A stretch of DNA of 62,392 nucleotides, counting the filler, from Vannella sp. (Eukaryota): assembly GCA_023345925.1 (NCBI GenBank). It is 8 parts of 8 records of this genome, joined end to end, with 100 filler letters (N's around TTAATTAATTAA, not from the genome) between each part and the next. Parts side by side here need not be neighbours in the genome. Positions count along the whole stretch, not along the records: positions 7,049 to 12,330 come from JAJQQN010001097.1; positions 12,431 to 18,251 come from JAJQQN010000550.1; positions 18,352 to 31,817 come from JAJQQN010000683.1; 5 more parts are not named here. One strand, 5' to 3'. Made by a program: the position numbers and the translations under genes. This document shows positions 10,015-21,475 of the stretch, in pieces. The notes under the pieces are model-generated. The model was not told the DNA's origin and ran no database searches. It worked only from the letters and a program-made list of their open reading frames with translations. Within the stretch, counting starts at the first letter, position 1, and every line of letters begins with the position of its first letter.

Positions 10015-11196
10015 TCAGATATTTGTTGTTAATACAATCTTACCCATTGTTTGGCCTGATTGAAGCTTTTGAAGGGCTAGTTTGACATCTTTGAAAGGGA
10101 AGGTGCCTCCAACGTGGGGAGCGTCCCAAGAGTTTGCTTTCTCGAACATGTCCTGGAGCATACTGTCCATTAGCTCGGTTTGGTCCCACATCCAGATGAG
10201 GTTGAACCCGAGAATAGCTTTGTTCTCTGTTACCATTTCCATAGGATCCATCTTGGGTCTCCAGAGGTATTTCCAACCAAGGCTGGACCACAGAATGAGA
10301 ACTATTCCACCCACAGAGAAGGGAGGGTCTTACCTGATCCAATTTGGAGAGTCCCCGCAAGAGCTCATGTATTGAGCGGCACCATAGATAACGTACTTGC
10401 CCCCTCTAGCCATTGCTTGGTAACTGGGATAGAAATAATCGCCCGCAACTGCATCGAAGACGACACTGATTCCATCAACCTTCTTCCCTTCCAAACGAGG
10501 AAGACTCGATATGAAAGAGAGAGCGTCCTTCAACTGGGCAGCAAACAGAGCTCCAGTAGCTCGGACAAGAACCAATTCTGGCGACATTCCTTTCTCCTGG
10601 ATGAGGAACTGGCGTTTGGATTCGTTTCCCACAACGGCAATAGCAATAGCATCACACATTGTGCATACGTTGAGTGCCCAGAGACCCACACCCCCAGCAG
10701 CACTCTGAATGAGGACCACTTTAGGTCCCAGAGCCTTTTGTACTCGGCTTGGCGACGATGCAGGCGGGTTTAACGATCCAAGCTCTACTAGACCGTACCA
10801 GGCAGTTAGTGCTTGGCAGAGGAAGGATGCAGCCTGCTGCGAGCTCCAGCTTTCAGGAACAGGGCGAAGGTAAGAGGACGTTACCACCACGTGGGTCGCG
10901 TAAGCGCCAAAGCGGGTGACTCCCATTACTCTGTCACCTTTCTGGAAGGTTGTGTCACTCCTGTCATCGCTGCCTTCGCCGATTGCCTCCACAATCCCGG
11001 CAAACTCCAGGCCCGGAGTGAACTCTTCCTTGGGAGTGGCGGAGTAAAGCCCCAGGCAAGCAAAGACGTCTGCGAAGTTAAGGCCGATGTTCTCCACCTT
11101 CACCAGCACCTCCCCACGCCCAAGAGCCTGAGGAATAGGCTGCTCCTCCAATCGCAAGTTATTAAGAGACCCGCTGCTCAGCACCCAACGCTGCAT
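10015..11196 (-). CDS. VAT-1-like NADPH quinone oxidoreductase (MDR family), 1 intron
   Basis: GLNFADVFACLGLY, TPGLEFAG, AAGGVG, GFNLIW, GKIVL. Confidence 0.88.
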
Positions 11197-11490
11197 TCCC
11201 AATGCCACCAAGCTCGTTCCTCACAAACACTCATTCTGGCTTCAAACGAAGGCTTCTTCGATGTCTGAGAAAAGTCACGAGGAGGGCATTTGCTCATCCA
11301 AAAACTAAAAAAATGAAATCAGCTCAAAAGCTTATCCTGAAGAGATGGAGGTCATCAGGACACTCTTCGCTAACACTAGGCACAACTCTCCCCCTCTCCT
11401 CTCAACTGGTCGTTTTGGCTCACTAACAAAGAGAATCAAAAAGATCAATTGAATGTTATCCATGCAGTGCCTTCTCCTCCTCTTTACCGC

Positions 11491-11545
11491 GTGAAGGCAC
11501 AGAATTCTGTCGTCCGAATCATGAAGGCACAGAATACTGTCGTCC
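11491..11545. repeat. 30-nt-period tandem duplication with a palindromic core
   Basis: TGAAGGCACAGAAT(T/A)CTGTCGTCC occurs twice. Confidence 0.85.
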
Positions 11546-11563
11546 TTTTTGGTCGTCCCCAAA

Positions 11564-12330
11564 ATGTTGTCGGGAGGTTCGGGAAAGAGAGAGGTGAAGC
11601 ACTATTTGAGAGGTATGGGCTCGGTGACACAGAAGGTCCGTTTACTTACCTTGTGGAGCATGGCGATCATTTCGGCCCTCTCATTCTTTGCGCTTTGCGC
11701 TCCTTGGTATGAGGAGAGAACGGTCATCCACAGTTCACGTGGTACTACAAACCTGATAGTTCGTGTACACGCCCTCTACTGGCACTTGGCTTGCCATGGT
11801 GACGAGTGTGGCGAGATGACCCGAAGAGGACAGACCGCTACCGGGTTCCACTCCTGGGACGAGGTCTGTCATCATTGCGTGTACCAATCGAGTCGGTTTA
11901 CCCTTCCTTGGGTAGGAACGACATCCCATCTACATCCTCCATTGAAATCTGACACACTTTCAGTCCTGCGTGGTCGTTGGAATGATTGGCACCATTCTTT
12001 GCTTCCGTCATGCCTATCTCTTCGGAACTCTGAATCCTGGAGATCTGGTCTGCTCTACTCTGCAGACGATAATGTGGATCGACATGACAGTCCTCTACTT
12101 GAGTGTTACTTGGTGGACAGTTGAATCCGTAGTTTCCTTTTCTGTGATCAAGGGGGAATGCCTTACCGCAGCGATATTCCTGCAATCTCCCTTCATTACT
12201 CTGTGCGGGACAGACACTCTGTGAGCCTCTCTCGCAGTCTTGTGAAATGCCCAGTCACTCACATCATATCAGGATGCCCTGTACCTTATTAACAGTCTGG
12301 TTTTCCTCGTCTTGGGGACCAGGCTTCCTT
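11564..12330 (+). CDS. Multi-pass membrane protein (claudin-like topology), spliced, 3' truncated
   Basis: TM helix ending PWY, Cys-rich loop, further hydrophobic exons. Confidence 0.55.
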
Positions 12331-12430
12331 NNNNNNNNNNNNNNNNNNNNNNNNNNNNNNNNNNNNNNNNNNNNTTAATTAATTAANNNNNNNNNNNNNN
12401 NNNNNNNNNNNNNNNNNNNNNNNNNNNNNN

Positions 12431-13097
12431 CTGCGCTCGCTACTCCTCTCTTCCTAAGCCTAAGCTGGATGAGTTCAGAGCTATCCTTATTGACATCCAG
12501 CGCGCCCTGCAGACAAACCACTCTGACGAGAAGATGGAGCGCCTCAATCCTCCTCCCACGCGGCCTCTTCCCACCTTCGTTCATCCGTCTGCTAACCTTC
12601 CTGAGAGGTTAGCGCCTGCTTCTGGACTAAGCTCACTCGCTACCTTCGCTGCAAAGAGCAGCTCTGACTTAAGTCTCGACCCGAACCTTCGCTCCTCCTC
12701 TACCAGCCTCTTTGACCAGACGTACGACCCCGTACCCGAGTCAGACTCTTCCGAGTCTGCGTACGAAGGCAGTGCGCGAGGCTCAGGTACAGAAGGCAAG
12801 AAGGAATGGTACACGGACACGGAGAGCTTCAGCGATGACGACTTTGACAAGGAATACAACAGCGAGCCCGAGCCCCTGGGTGTGGTTACCAAGCCCGCCA
12901 AAGCACCTCTCACATTGGCTAATCTCAATGGCCGCCACTCGACTATCGCGGAAGAGATCGTCGACGAACCGGCCACCTCGGGCACTCGAAGTCCTCTCTC
13001 GCGCATGACACCCTCTCCGCGCTCTCCTAGACCCGCCAACGATGAAGAGGAAGAAGAAGACTCGATGATGAGCAGCGACAGCAGCTTTGACATCTAA
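12431..13097 (+). CDS. C-terminal part of an unknown protein with Ser/acidic low-complexity tail
   Basis: Frame is open from the contig start to TAA at 13097. Confidence 0.65.
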
Positions 13098-13217
13098 AGA
13101 ACAGAGAACGCGGCCTGCTCGCGCCCTCCTCCCGCTCTTGCTCCTCCCTTCCTCGCTCTCTCCCTCTGGATCCGATAAAGGGAGGCTTAACAGCTGCTAA
13201 GGCTTCATTCTTTCGCC

Positions 13218-15728
13218 ATGCTGAGGTTGGGGAGGGCTCCGATCGCCCTGTGGGGGCGCTGTTGGGGGTTTCCTCGCGCGTATGCGGTCAAGAAGAAGCA
13301 GAAGAAGAAGCCTTTCGATGAGTATCCTATTGGTAAGCTTTGAAGAGTAGGAGAAGCACTGGGAAGTGACAGGAGGGTGGGTAGAGTCTATCCGCAACAT
13401 TGGCATCATCGCGCATGTCGATGCGGGCAAGACAACCACTGCAGAACGGATGCTTTACCTTGCTGGAGAGATCAACCACATGGGAGGTACGGTCACGCTG
13501 GCTGTGAGAGCTTCTAGTCCTAAACGAGTCTCAGACGTGGACTCTGGCAACACAAAGATGGACTTTCTTGAGATGGAGAGGGAGAGAGGGATCACCATCC
13601 AAAGTGCAGCCATCTCCTTCATCTGGAATGACTGCAGAGTGAACATGATCGACACACCCGGCCACGTGGACTTTCAGGGGGAGGTTGAGCGCTCTGTCCG
13701 AGTACTAGATGGAGCAGTAGCTATCCTAGATGCAGTACACGGCGTGCAAGCTCAAACTCACACTATCTGGCGCCAAGCCGACCGCTACCAAGTGCCCCGC
13801 ATTGTTTTCTTCAACAAGATGGATCGTGACGACGCCAGCGTGGATCGGGGAATCCACAGTCTACAAGAGAGATTAGGGGCTGAGAACCTAGTCCCCCTCC
13901 AGATCCCAGTGGGGAGCGCAGAGTTCTTCCAAGGGGTAATTGACATAGTTGAGAAAAAGTCAATTCTTTGGCCAAGAAGCAACGAAATCGATAACTACAC
14001 GGAAACAGAGGTCACTAACTCACATCCTTCCTATCAGAAGATGATGAAGATGCGTGAGGAACTCCTTACGAAGCTGGCGGACCACGATGACAATATAATT
14101 GAAGCCTACACGGAGCACGGGGACCAAGTGGACGCCAAAACTATCCATGCATCTATCAGAAAGCTTGTAGCACAGTCACTTATCACACCTGTGCTCTGCG
14201 GCTCGTCATTTAAGTGCAAAGGTGTTCAGCCACTTCTCGATGCCATTATCCGATACTTGCCAGCTCCTCATGAGAGGCCGCCAGTTATCGCCCAGAGCTA
14301 TTTGTTAACAGAGAGGGTTCCTCTTCCAACCACAATGGAGGTTATTCCAGACCCGGCGGACTATTTGGTGGCGTTAGCCTTCAAAGTGGTGCACGACATT
14401 CAGAAAGGCATGGTCGTCTATGTCCGCCTCTATCGAGGTTACTTCCATTGTGGAATGAAGCTCCATAACATCAATCGGAACCTCGGAGAGCGAGTGGTTA
14501 CTCTCATGCGAATAGGAGGAGAAAGTCTCACTCTTATTAACAGCATTAAAGCAGGGGACATTTGCGCCTTAGTTGGTATGAAAGAGGTCCACACAGGAGA
14601 TACCCTAATTGCCTCAGGCGACAGTAAGTCCATAATCCTGAGGGCCTTTAACTCATCTATTCTGTAGTGAAGCGGTTTAAGAGAAAGGCTGTGCCGCTGC
14701 TATCTGGTATTCAGATTCCTCCTCCAGTGTTTTCATGTGCCATTGAGGCAGCAGATGAGAGGAAAGAAGCGCACTTGCTTTTGAGTCTGGAAAACCTTGC
14801 CAAGGAGGATCCTTCTTTCCGGTTCACCACCGACAAGGAAACGGGACAACTTCTGATAAGTGGAATGGGAGAGCTACACTTGGAGATTCTTAAGGATCGA
14901 CTCCTTAACCACTACAATGTGGAAGCCACTGTGGGTAAAATGAGAGTCTCTTATCGCACTTCTCTCTGCCAAGAAATCCAGAAAGAGTTTGAATATCTTT
15001 ACGAGTTGACAGGCACCAAACAGCGAGCTACTGTCACTCTTAAATTGGCGCCCTTGCTACGAGCAGAAGATGAAGATCAACTTCAAGAGAACGAAGTTAC
15101 TCTCGACATTCCCTCCACTTCTTGGGATCATGTCCCTTACGATGTTCAAGGAGACATCAAGGACGCCTTACGTGAAGGAGTGAGATTCTATCAATACTGA
15201 AAAGTTGGAGTCTGACTTTCTGCAGGTTGAGAATGTCCTACGCTGTGGACCAATGTACTCTTTCCCTGTTCATGGAGTCCATGCAACAGTCCTCAACATT
15301 GGTTTCCACGAAGATTCAACTCCCAGTGCGTTCCGTGCTTGCGTTTCTCGAATGGTAAGTTCCCTCCCCCCTTCGGAATCCCATTAAAGCCGCTCTTCCA
15401 GATGAGGGACATGCTGAAAGAATCTGCAATGTCTGTCCTTCAGCCAGTGATGCAAGTCGAAGTCTCTGTGCCAGAACAGTTCTTCGGGAACATTCTTTCC
15501 GACATAAGTAACTACCGACGAGGCAACATTCAAAGAGTAGAAGACGGAAGCAATGCGAAGGAAAAGATCGTATCGGCCGAAGTCCCACTTCGGGCCATGA
15601 TGGGCTACAGCACTGCCGTCCGCTCCATCTCTCAAGGAACAGCCAGTTTCACCATGGACTTCCTACGATACGGAGATTTACCAGAAAATGAGATCGAAGC
15701 CCTCCACAAAGAGTACCGGGGCTTCTGA
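13218..15728 (+). CDS. GFM2: Mitochondrial EF-G2 / ribosome-releasing factor 2, 5 introns
   Basis: Presequence-like N-terminus, AHVDAGKTTTAERMLY, RGITIQSA, DTPGHVDF, NKMDR, GMGELHLEI, domain V. Confidence 0.88.
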
Positions 15729-15831
15729 TGTTAAAAAGACACTTTCATCCAACACTCTTCTAGAAACGGATCTTCCCAAGTCTTGTTCGGCTGACAAGAC
15801 TGTTCGGAGGAGTTTGCTTGCAACAGACGGT

Positions 15832-16878
15832 TTAGGAACGAGCACTCTTTTGCCGTTTAGGTCGACAAGGAGGAGCAGTTGTCACGGGAGAGAGAGTCGG
15901 AACCAATTTTTTGTCTTTGTGGCCAAGTCCCAGCTGACCGCTAGAGTTGGCCCCAAAGGCGAACATTTCCCCTTCGTGTGAATACACAAAGGAATGGTTC
16001 CCACCCGCAACCAAGGAGTGGACGTCGCTGATGGAGGGGATAAGGGTTGGGACTGTTTGATTGAGAGTGTCATTCGTTCCCAATTGGCCACATCTGCCCC
16101 ATCCCCAAGTCCACAGACCGCCATTCTCGTCCTTTGCCAGCGAATGGGAGCAACCACACGATGCTTCTGACATCGGGGGGATGCCATTGATACGCTGGAA
16201 CACAGAGGTATCTCCATCACGCCCTAATTGACCCAAAGAGTTGTCCCCAGCTGTCCAAATGGCTCCGTCTCCATCAACAAGAAGAATACCTCTGTTCAAG
16301 GCCTCCAACGAGCGGAGAGGAGTCACAAGCTCTGGCACTCTGACGAAGGTTGGCACAGGGACTTCATTGGTATGTCCAAGTCCAAGCTGTCCATAGGTGT
16401 TGTGCCCGAGCACCCAAAGTCCATCCTCAGATTCCCCAACCAAGAAGTTCCAGCCGCTAGCCATCCTACAAAGGAGAGGTAGTCCTGGTACTTGCTTTGG
16501 TATCGCTGAAGCCCAGGAAATGCACTGGTTAGTCCACACCCAGAGGGCGCCGTCAGAACCAAGAGCGGCGTTGTGTTGATAGCCAGCGGATATCATTGAT
16601 ACAGGAGGGAGCTCAGAGACTCGCTGAAAGGTATGAGCAGACGTCATAGACCGGGATCGACCTGCTTCCCAGACTCCTCCATCGATATCCATCACAAGAG
16701 AGTGAGAGAACCCGCAATCCGTCCACACAAGTCGAGGTCCTTCCCAAGCCACCTGCATTGGGCGATTGGTCATGCCCACTTTCTCATCACCAAGACCGAG
16801 CTGACCACCGAAGTTATCCCCACAAACGAACAAATCACCCTCCAAAGAGAGGAAGAGCGTGTGGTCCCCAAAAGGCAT
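15832..16878 (-). CDS. RCC1-repeat protein, intronless
   Basis: Repeated GxNxxGQLGLG and CGxxHSL; basic C-terminal tail; start codon uncertain. Confidence 0.9.
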   Translation of the reverse strand: MPFGDHTLFLSLEGDLFVCGDNFGGQLGLGDEKVGMTNRPMQVAWEGPRLVWTDCGFSHSLVMDIDGGVWEAGRSRSMTSAHTFQRVSELPPVSMISAGYQHNAALGSDGALWVWTNQCISWASAIPKQVPGLPLLCRMASGWNFLVGESEDGLWVLGHNTYGQLGLGHTNEVPVPTFVRVPELVTPLRSLEALNRGILLVDGDGAIWTAGDNSLGQLGRDGDTSVFQRINGIPPMSEASCGCSHSLAKDENGGLWTWGWGRCGQLGTNDTLNQTVPTLIPSISDVHSLVAGGNHSFVYSHEGEMFAFGANSSGQLGLGHKDKKLVPTLSPVTTAPPCRPKRQKSARS

Positions 16879-16960
16879 TCGGGAAATGCACCAAAATGCA
16901 TTTCCTTTCACTTCCCCTACATTTCACCCTCGGAGGTGGGCACTTTCTTTCGTTCTGGGA

Positions 16961-18149
16961 ATGAGCGAGGGCTTTGTAGCTCTTGGTGTATTAAATGGTA
17001 CGCTCTGGAGTGAATGTGGTGGATAGGTGGGCTGAGTGAGAGTGTAGGACATAAGGAAAGGGTGTGGAACGTGTCTTGGTCGCGATGTGGGCGGTTTCTC
17101 GCCAGCTGTGGGGGCGATCAGACGATTCGCGTGTGGGCTCGTGGTACGGATGATCAGAATACATTTGTATGTGTATGTGTGCTGGATGGGATCCATAAGA
17201 GGACCATTCGAGCGGTTGCTTGGTCCCCTTGTGGGAACTATTTAGCGGCAGCTTCTTTCGATGCGACGACTTCTGTGTGGAAGAAGAAGCTCTCGGGTGC
17301 AGGTACGATCAAGCATTGCAAAGCCAAGTCAGCTCACATCTAGTAAGACTTTGATCACATTGCTACACTGGAGGGGCACGAGAACGAGGTCAAATCGGTC
17401 TGTTGGGACATTTCTGGCCGTCTCCTTGCCACGTGCGGGCGTGACAAGTCAGTTTGGATATGGGAGAGTATGACTGCCCCTTCTTTTGGACCTTTTTCAA
17501 GTGCTAAGAGTGGAATGCAGTGGATCCTGAGGAAAACGAGTTCGAATGCGTGTCTGTTCTGAGTGGACATAGCCAAGACGTCAAGTCAGTTGTATTCCAT
17601 CCAACCAAAGAGTGGCTGCTTTCCTGCAGCTACGACGACACCATCAAGATCTGGGAATCTGACGATTATGATTGGACTTGCCGCCAAACTCTCGAAGGCC
17701 ACACTTCCACAGTGTGGAGCGCTGCTTTCTCTAGCGATGGCAACACTCTTGTTTCTGCCTCCGATGATCGAACACTCATCCTCTGGAAGCTCGACGAAAC
17801 GGACCAAATGTACCAACGCACCGAAACATTGAGCGGCCACCACCAACGCTGCGTTTTCTCTGTAGATATGGATCAGAAAGGGCGCCTTTTGTCGGGAGGT
17901 GGCGACGATGCTATTCGCGTTTTCGTTTGTGTAAGTTTGAACTGAATTGAAGTGACAATGGGACTCATTTGGCACTTTCAGGATCCGAAATCTACGGATT
18001 TGATGGGCTATAGTCTACAGGCAATCCAGACGGCTGCCCATGAACTTGACGTGAACTGTGTGGCGTGGTCTCCTACCATATCTGGGTGCTTTGCGTCATG
18101 CGGCGATGACAATTCGATCCGTTTATGGCAGTTTAGGTCCACTCAATAG
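16961..18149 (+). CDS. CIAO1: Cytosolic Fe-S assembly WD40 protein Cia1, 4 introns
   Basis: [53 protein letters not shown]. Confidence 0.93.
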
Positions 18150-18673
18150 CTCAGCCACTATCAAATTTCTAACACGCCCCATATGGAATACATCAGGATG
18201 CCCTTTTGAAAGATAAATGGGCTCAGAGCGATTTGCGTCGAACAAGTTCAANNNNNNNNNNNNNNNNNNNNNNNNNNNNNNNNNNNNNNNNNNNNTTAAT
18301 TAATTAANNNNNNNNNNNNNNNNNNNNNNNNNNNNNNNNNNNNNNNNNNNNTCAGAGGTCTGAACTCCTTCACATCGAGCATGTGTACCTTCATCAATCG
18401 TTGCTTCGCAGTCCTTGGAGGTCAAATTCAGAAGCGAAGAAGTGACGGTCAATGCTGACTTGCCCAAGACATTCACTAACGACGACCAACCATCGTGGGC
18501 TCCTTCTCAGAGCTGGCTTGAAATGATATTTGGGCTGAGAAGGCCAAGTAAGTCGGGAGTCACTTTCTTGTGACTGAATTTGGCTGAGCCATTCCCTGGC
18601 AGGAATGTTCTGCGCTTCTTGAAAGTTCCCTCTTTTTCATCTCTTGGATGCTATTATAGTATTAGGTATGCTG

Positions 18674-19942
18674 TTATTGATATATCTGGAAGAGCTCTGC
18701 TTCACCGTTGGGGAAGGCAGTCAAGTAGCCGTTAAAAAAGGATTCTGCGGGAACTGGTTTCCTCCCTTCTACTTGCAGAGTTGGGCACTCAATCACTCCA
18801 TTCTTGCAACCAATCAGGACCACTTTCTTCTCTTTGCAGTATCCCATAAAGCCAGCTGGCATGGAGGAGGTTTGAAGAGTCTCTTGAGTGGGTGGACTCA
18901 ATTCGATCACTTTAACTCGCTTGAAAGTCGCTGTCCCTGCGGGCCAGGCAATGGATGTGAAGCAGCCAGGTTTAGAGCCAAAGGCTCTCCACTTGTTAAA
19001 GACACTCTCCGGACAGACATCCTTCCACTGAATGTCCCCGTCGCCCTGTTTAATCGCCCTGGCGTACGTGGGTCTCCTTCGGATTGTGATTCGATCCTCT
19101 CTTTGCACGCATTCTCCGAAAGACAGGGAAGGCATCTCCTTCTCAAGGACGCCAGGAAGGAGGCCTAGAGAAGCGGCAATGCCTGCAGGAAGGCTGGGAA
19201 TGCGCTCCTTACACAGTAAGGGTGAATCAGGGCTCCCCTGGGCTACAATAGACTTGGCGTACTCATCATAGCGACTAAGCACTCGGCTGATGGCAAAGGC
19301 GCCCAGTTGCCCGGCACGGACACCCAGTTCAGAGGAAAGGATGGCTGGAGCGGGGTGGTACAGCCATTGTAGGAGTAGTCTTCCCTGGTCGAATCGTGTG
19401 GGATGGAGTTCAATCACAGAGATGCCTCCCACTTCGTCTCCAGATTCAATCTGCCGAATGAGAGGAGCGGGACCGCGATAGAAAGGGAGAGCGGAAGGGT
19501 GCATGTTCAAGCCTCTGTAAGGTAGGAAGTCAAGGAGGCTTTGAGGTATCAGTTGGCCATACGAGGTTACCACTGCAATATCAAAGGGCGCGCCAGAGCG
19601 TGTAACAGGCCGGAAGGACTCGAGATCTGTCGGCTGGTGGACGTCTAGGCCGTGCTTCTGAGCATACTTCTTGGTCTCACAAGCTCCTTGATGATCCGGA
19701 GGGCAAACCACACTCAACTCCACCACCAAATCAGACTGCTGGTGCAGAAGCTGCAATCCAGGAAGGGCCACATGATCCGTTCCAAAGAAGAGGACTCTCC
19801 ACGCCACTGGCCGCCTCTTCAACTCCTGCCCACCACTATAGAACGTCGATCGTGAGTTCAACCAAAGCACAGGCGCCCTCCAAGAGCAAAGAAGGCGACA
19901 GCGAGGAAGGATGGGCATCATGAAATGGCAATAATGGCCCAT
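18674..19942 (-). CDS. MTFMT: Mitochondrial methionyl-tRNA formyltransferase (start may be 19921)
   Basis: VLFFGTD, SYGQLIP, NMHPSALPFYRGPAP, FDQG, C-terminal LQVEGRK. Confidence 0.9.
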   Translation of the reverse strand: MGHYCHFMMPILPRCRLLCSWRAPVLWLNSRSTFYSGGQELKRRPVAWRVLFFGTDHVALPGLQLLHQQSDLVVELSVVCPPDHQGACETKKYAQKHGLDVHQPTDLESFRPVTRSGAPFDIAVVTSYGQLIPQSLLDFLPYRGLNMHPSALPFYRGPAPLIRQIESGDEVGGISVIELHPTRFDQGRLLLQWLYHPAPAILSSELGVRAGQLGAFAISRVLSRYDEYAKSIVAQGSPDSPLLCKERIPSLPAGIAASLGLLPGVLEKEMPSLSFGECVQREDRITIRRRPTYARAIKQGDGDIQWKDVCPESVFNKWRAFGSKPGCFTSIAWPAGTATFKRVKVIELSPPTQETLQTSSMPAGFMGYCKEKKVVLIGCKNGVIECPTLQVEGRKPVPAESFFNGYLTAFPNGEAELFQIYQ

Positions 19943-19958
19943 TTTATTTAGTACGTCA

Positions 19959-21143
19959 TTATAACGTACTTTCGGATCTCTTTCTGTGGTTCCTCTCCTT
20001 CAAAGGAGAGGCAAGAGACGGGTCTTCTGGGTTGTCCTGTCGCTCAAAGAAGTCAATGGCCTCTTGGTGGACGTGGACGAACTGACTGGTGACCTTGTCG
20101 GGGATCTTTGGGAGGATGAGAGGGAGATGGAAGGGAATGTTGCTCACTTACCAGCATGAGGATGGCGAGTGCCTCTGCAGCAGTGGAGCAGTTGAGTAGA
20201 AATGGCTTTGTAACCCATAGAAGAGCATAAGCATAGGCTATGAGCATGTTCTCGCCCAGGGCGATCACTTTGTCCCAGATCTTCTTGAGAATGTGCGTGG
20301 GCAAGCAAGAGGCAAAGTAGTTGCAGAACCAGCTGTAGCAGAATTGGTCTAGCTGTAAGTTGAGACGTCGAAAGTGCATGAGCAAGTCACCCAGCCGGGG
20401 CTGCATTGCAATAGAGAGTTTGGAGACCATTCCCTCGATAATGTCAGACTCGCTCTGCGGTTGCTGGTGGCCAGAAGCCCTCTGTGGAGTCTTCTTCACA
20501 CTATAGTATGCACTCATCTCTTGCGCGTGGCTGGGAGTAAAGCGGACACTGAGGAAGTTAACCATCGCTTGTAGCGCAAAAAAGCCATCTGGACCCTCTC
20601 CAAACACGTTATAGAACACCTTGGCTATATCAATGACGTTCTTCTTGCTCTGGGGACTGTTATAGTCCCCAGCAGCCACTTCAATGTACCGAGAGATGCT
20701 GTGGAGGCGCACTAAAGCCCCTACCTGCGCTGGGCACTCGTCTTTCGAGTGTCTGGGAGATGCGCTATCACTCTCGGAAGGAGAGAGTAAAGGTGGCTCT
20801 GAGAATGAGCCAAACAGCACCTCAGCAGCTCGTGAGATGTCCGCCCATTGCTGTTCTAGTTGTTCTTCAATGAAGGGCCAGGCACTCGTATGGCAAGGGA
20901 GGATGCCTAACATGATCTTCCACACCTTCCTTCTGTAAGTCGGAGGAAGGGAGTACTTAAGGCAGAGCTTTCGTAAAACCTCGCGATCTGGCAGAGGGTG
21001 AGCAGGTCCGGAGCCAACCGGTCCAACCACTGACCTATCGCTTCCGTCTTGAAGAGAGCTTCTAATGCTGAACTAACATTTGGCTCCACCTTGAAGCCGA
21101 CATGCTTCTCGAGGTTGTAATAGTATTGGCTACGGAAGTCCAT
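19959..21143 (-). CDS. TBC1D7: TBC1D7-like Rab-GAP domain protein, 2 introns
   Basis: DFRSQYY...VGF, LPPTYRRKVWKIMLGILP, WFCNYFASCLP...KIWDKVI match the TBC1D7 pattern. Confidence 0.8.
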
Positions 21144-21475
21144 CGCTTGTAAGTGTGGCTATTTTAATAATGAGCAAAAAAACCAACAAAACTTGGATAA
21201 AACGGTTCTAAAATACAAAATTGAAGCAACCCAATCAAAATTCCTCCAACCCATCTCGATCTAGATCTCGATCTAGTGCAAAATCCCGATCGTTTGCAAA
21301 TGAGTTGTAAAGGAACCTGTGGTATATAAGTTTATGATGACGTACAATGTAACGAAAAAGAAATCTGCACATCGATTAAAGCCCGTTTTCCTAAAAAGGA
21401 GAAGCCACTAAATGCGGTCTAGCAATCATTCCGCTCAAGGCTCGTCGTATAGGGGGTCTGCACCACACCCGTGTT

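Noticed and set aside
11491..11545. CRISPR-like repeat
   Set aside because: Only two adjacent copies, no spacer, no cas genes, eukaryotic context
13218..15728. Apparent frameshifts and in-frame stops suggesting recoding or a variant genetic code
   Set aside because: The breaks I examined resolve with short GT-AG (once GC-AG) introns; TAA, TAG and TGA all end genes
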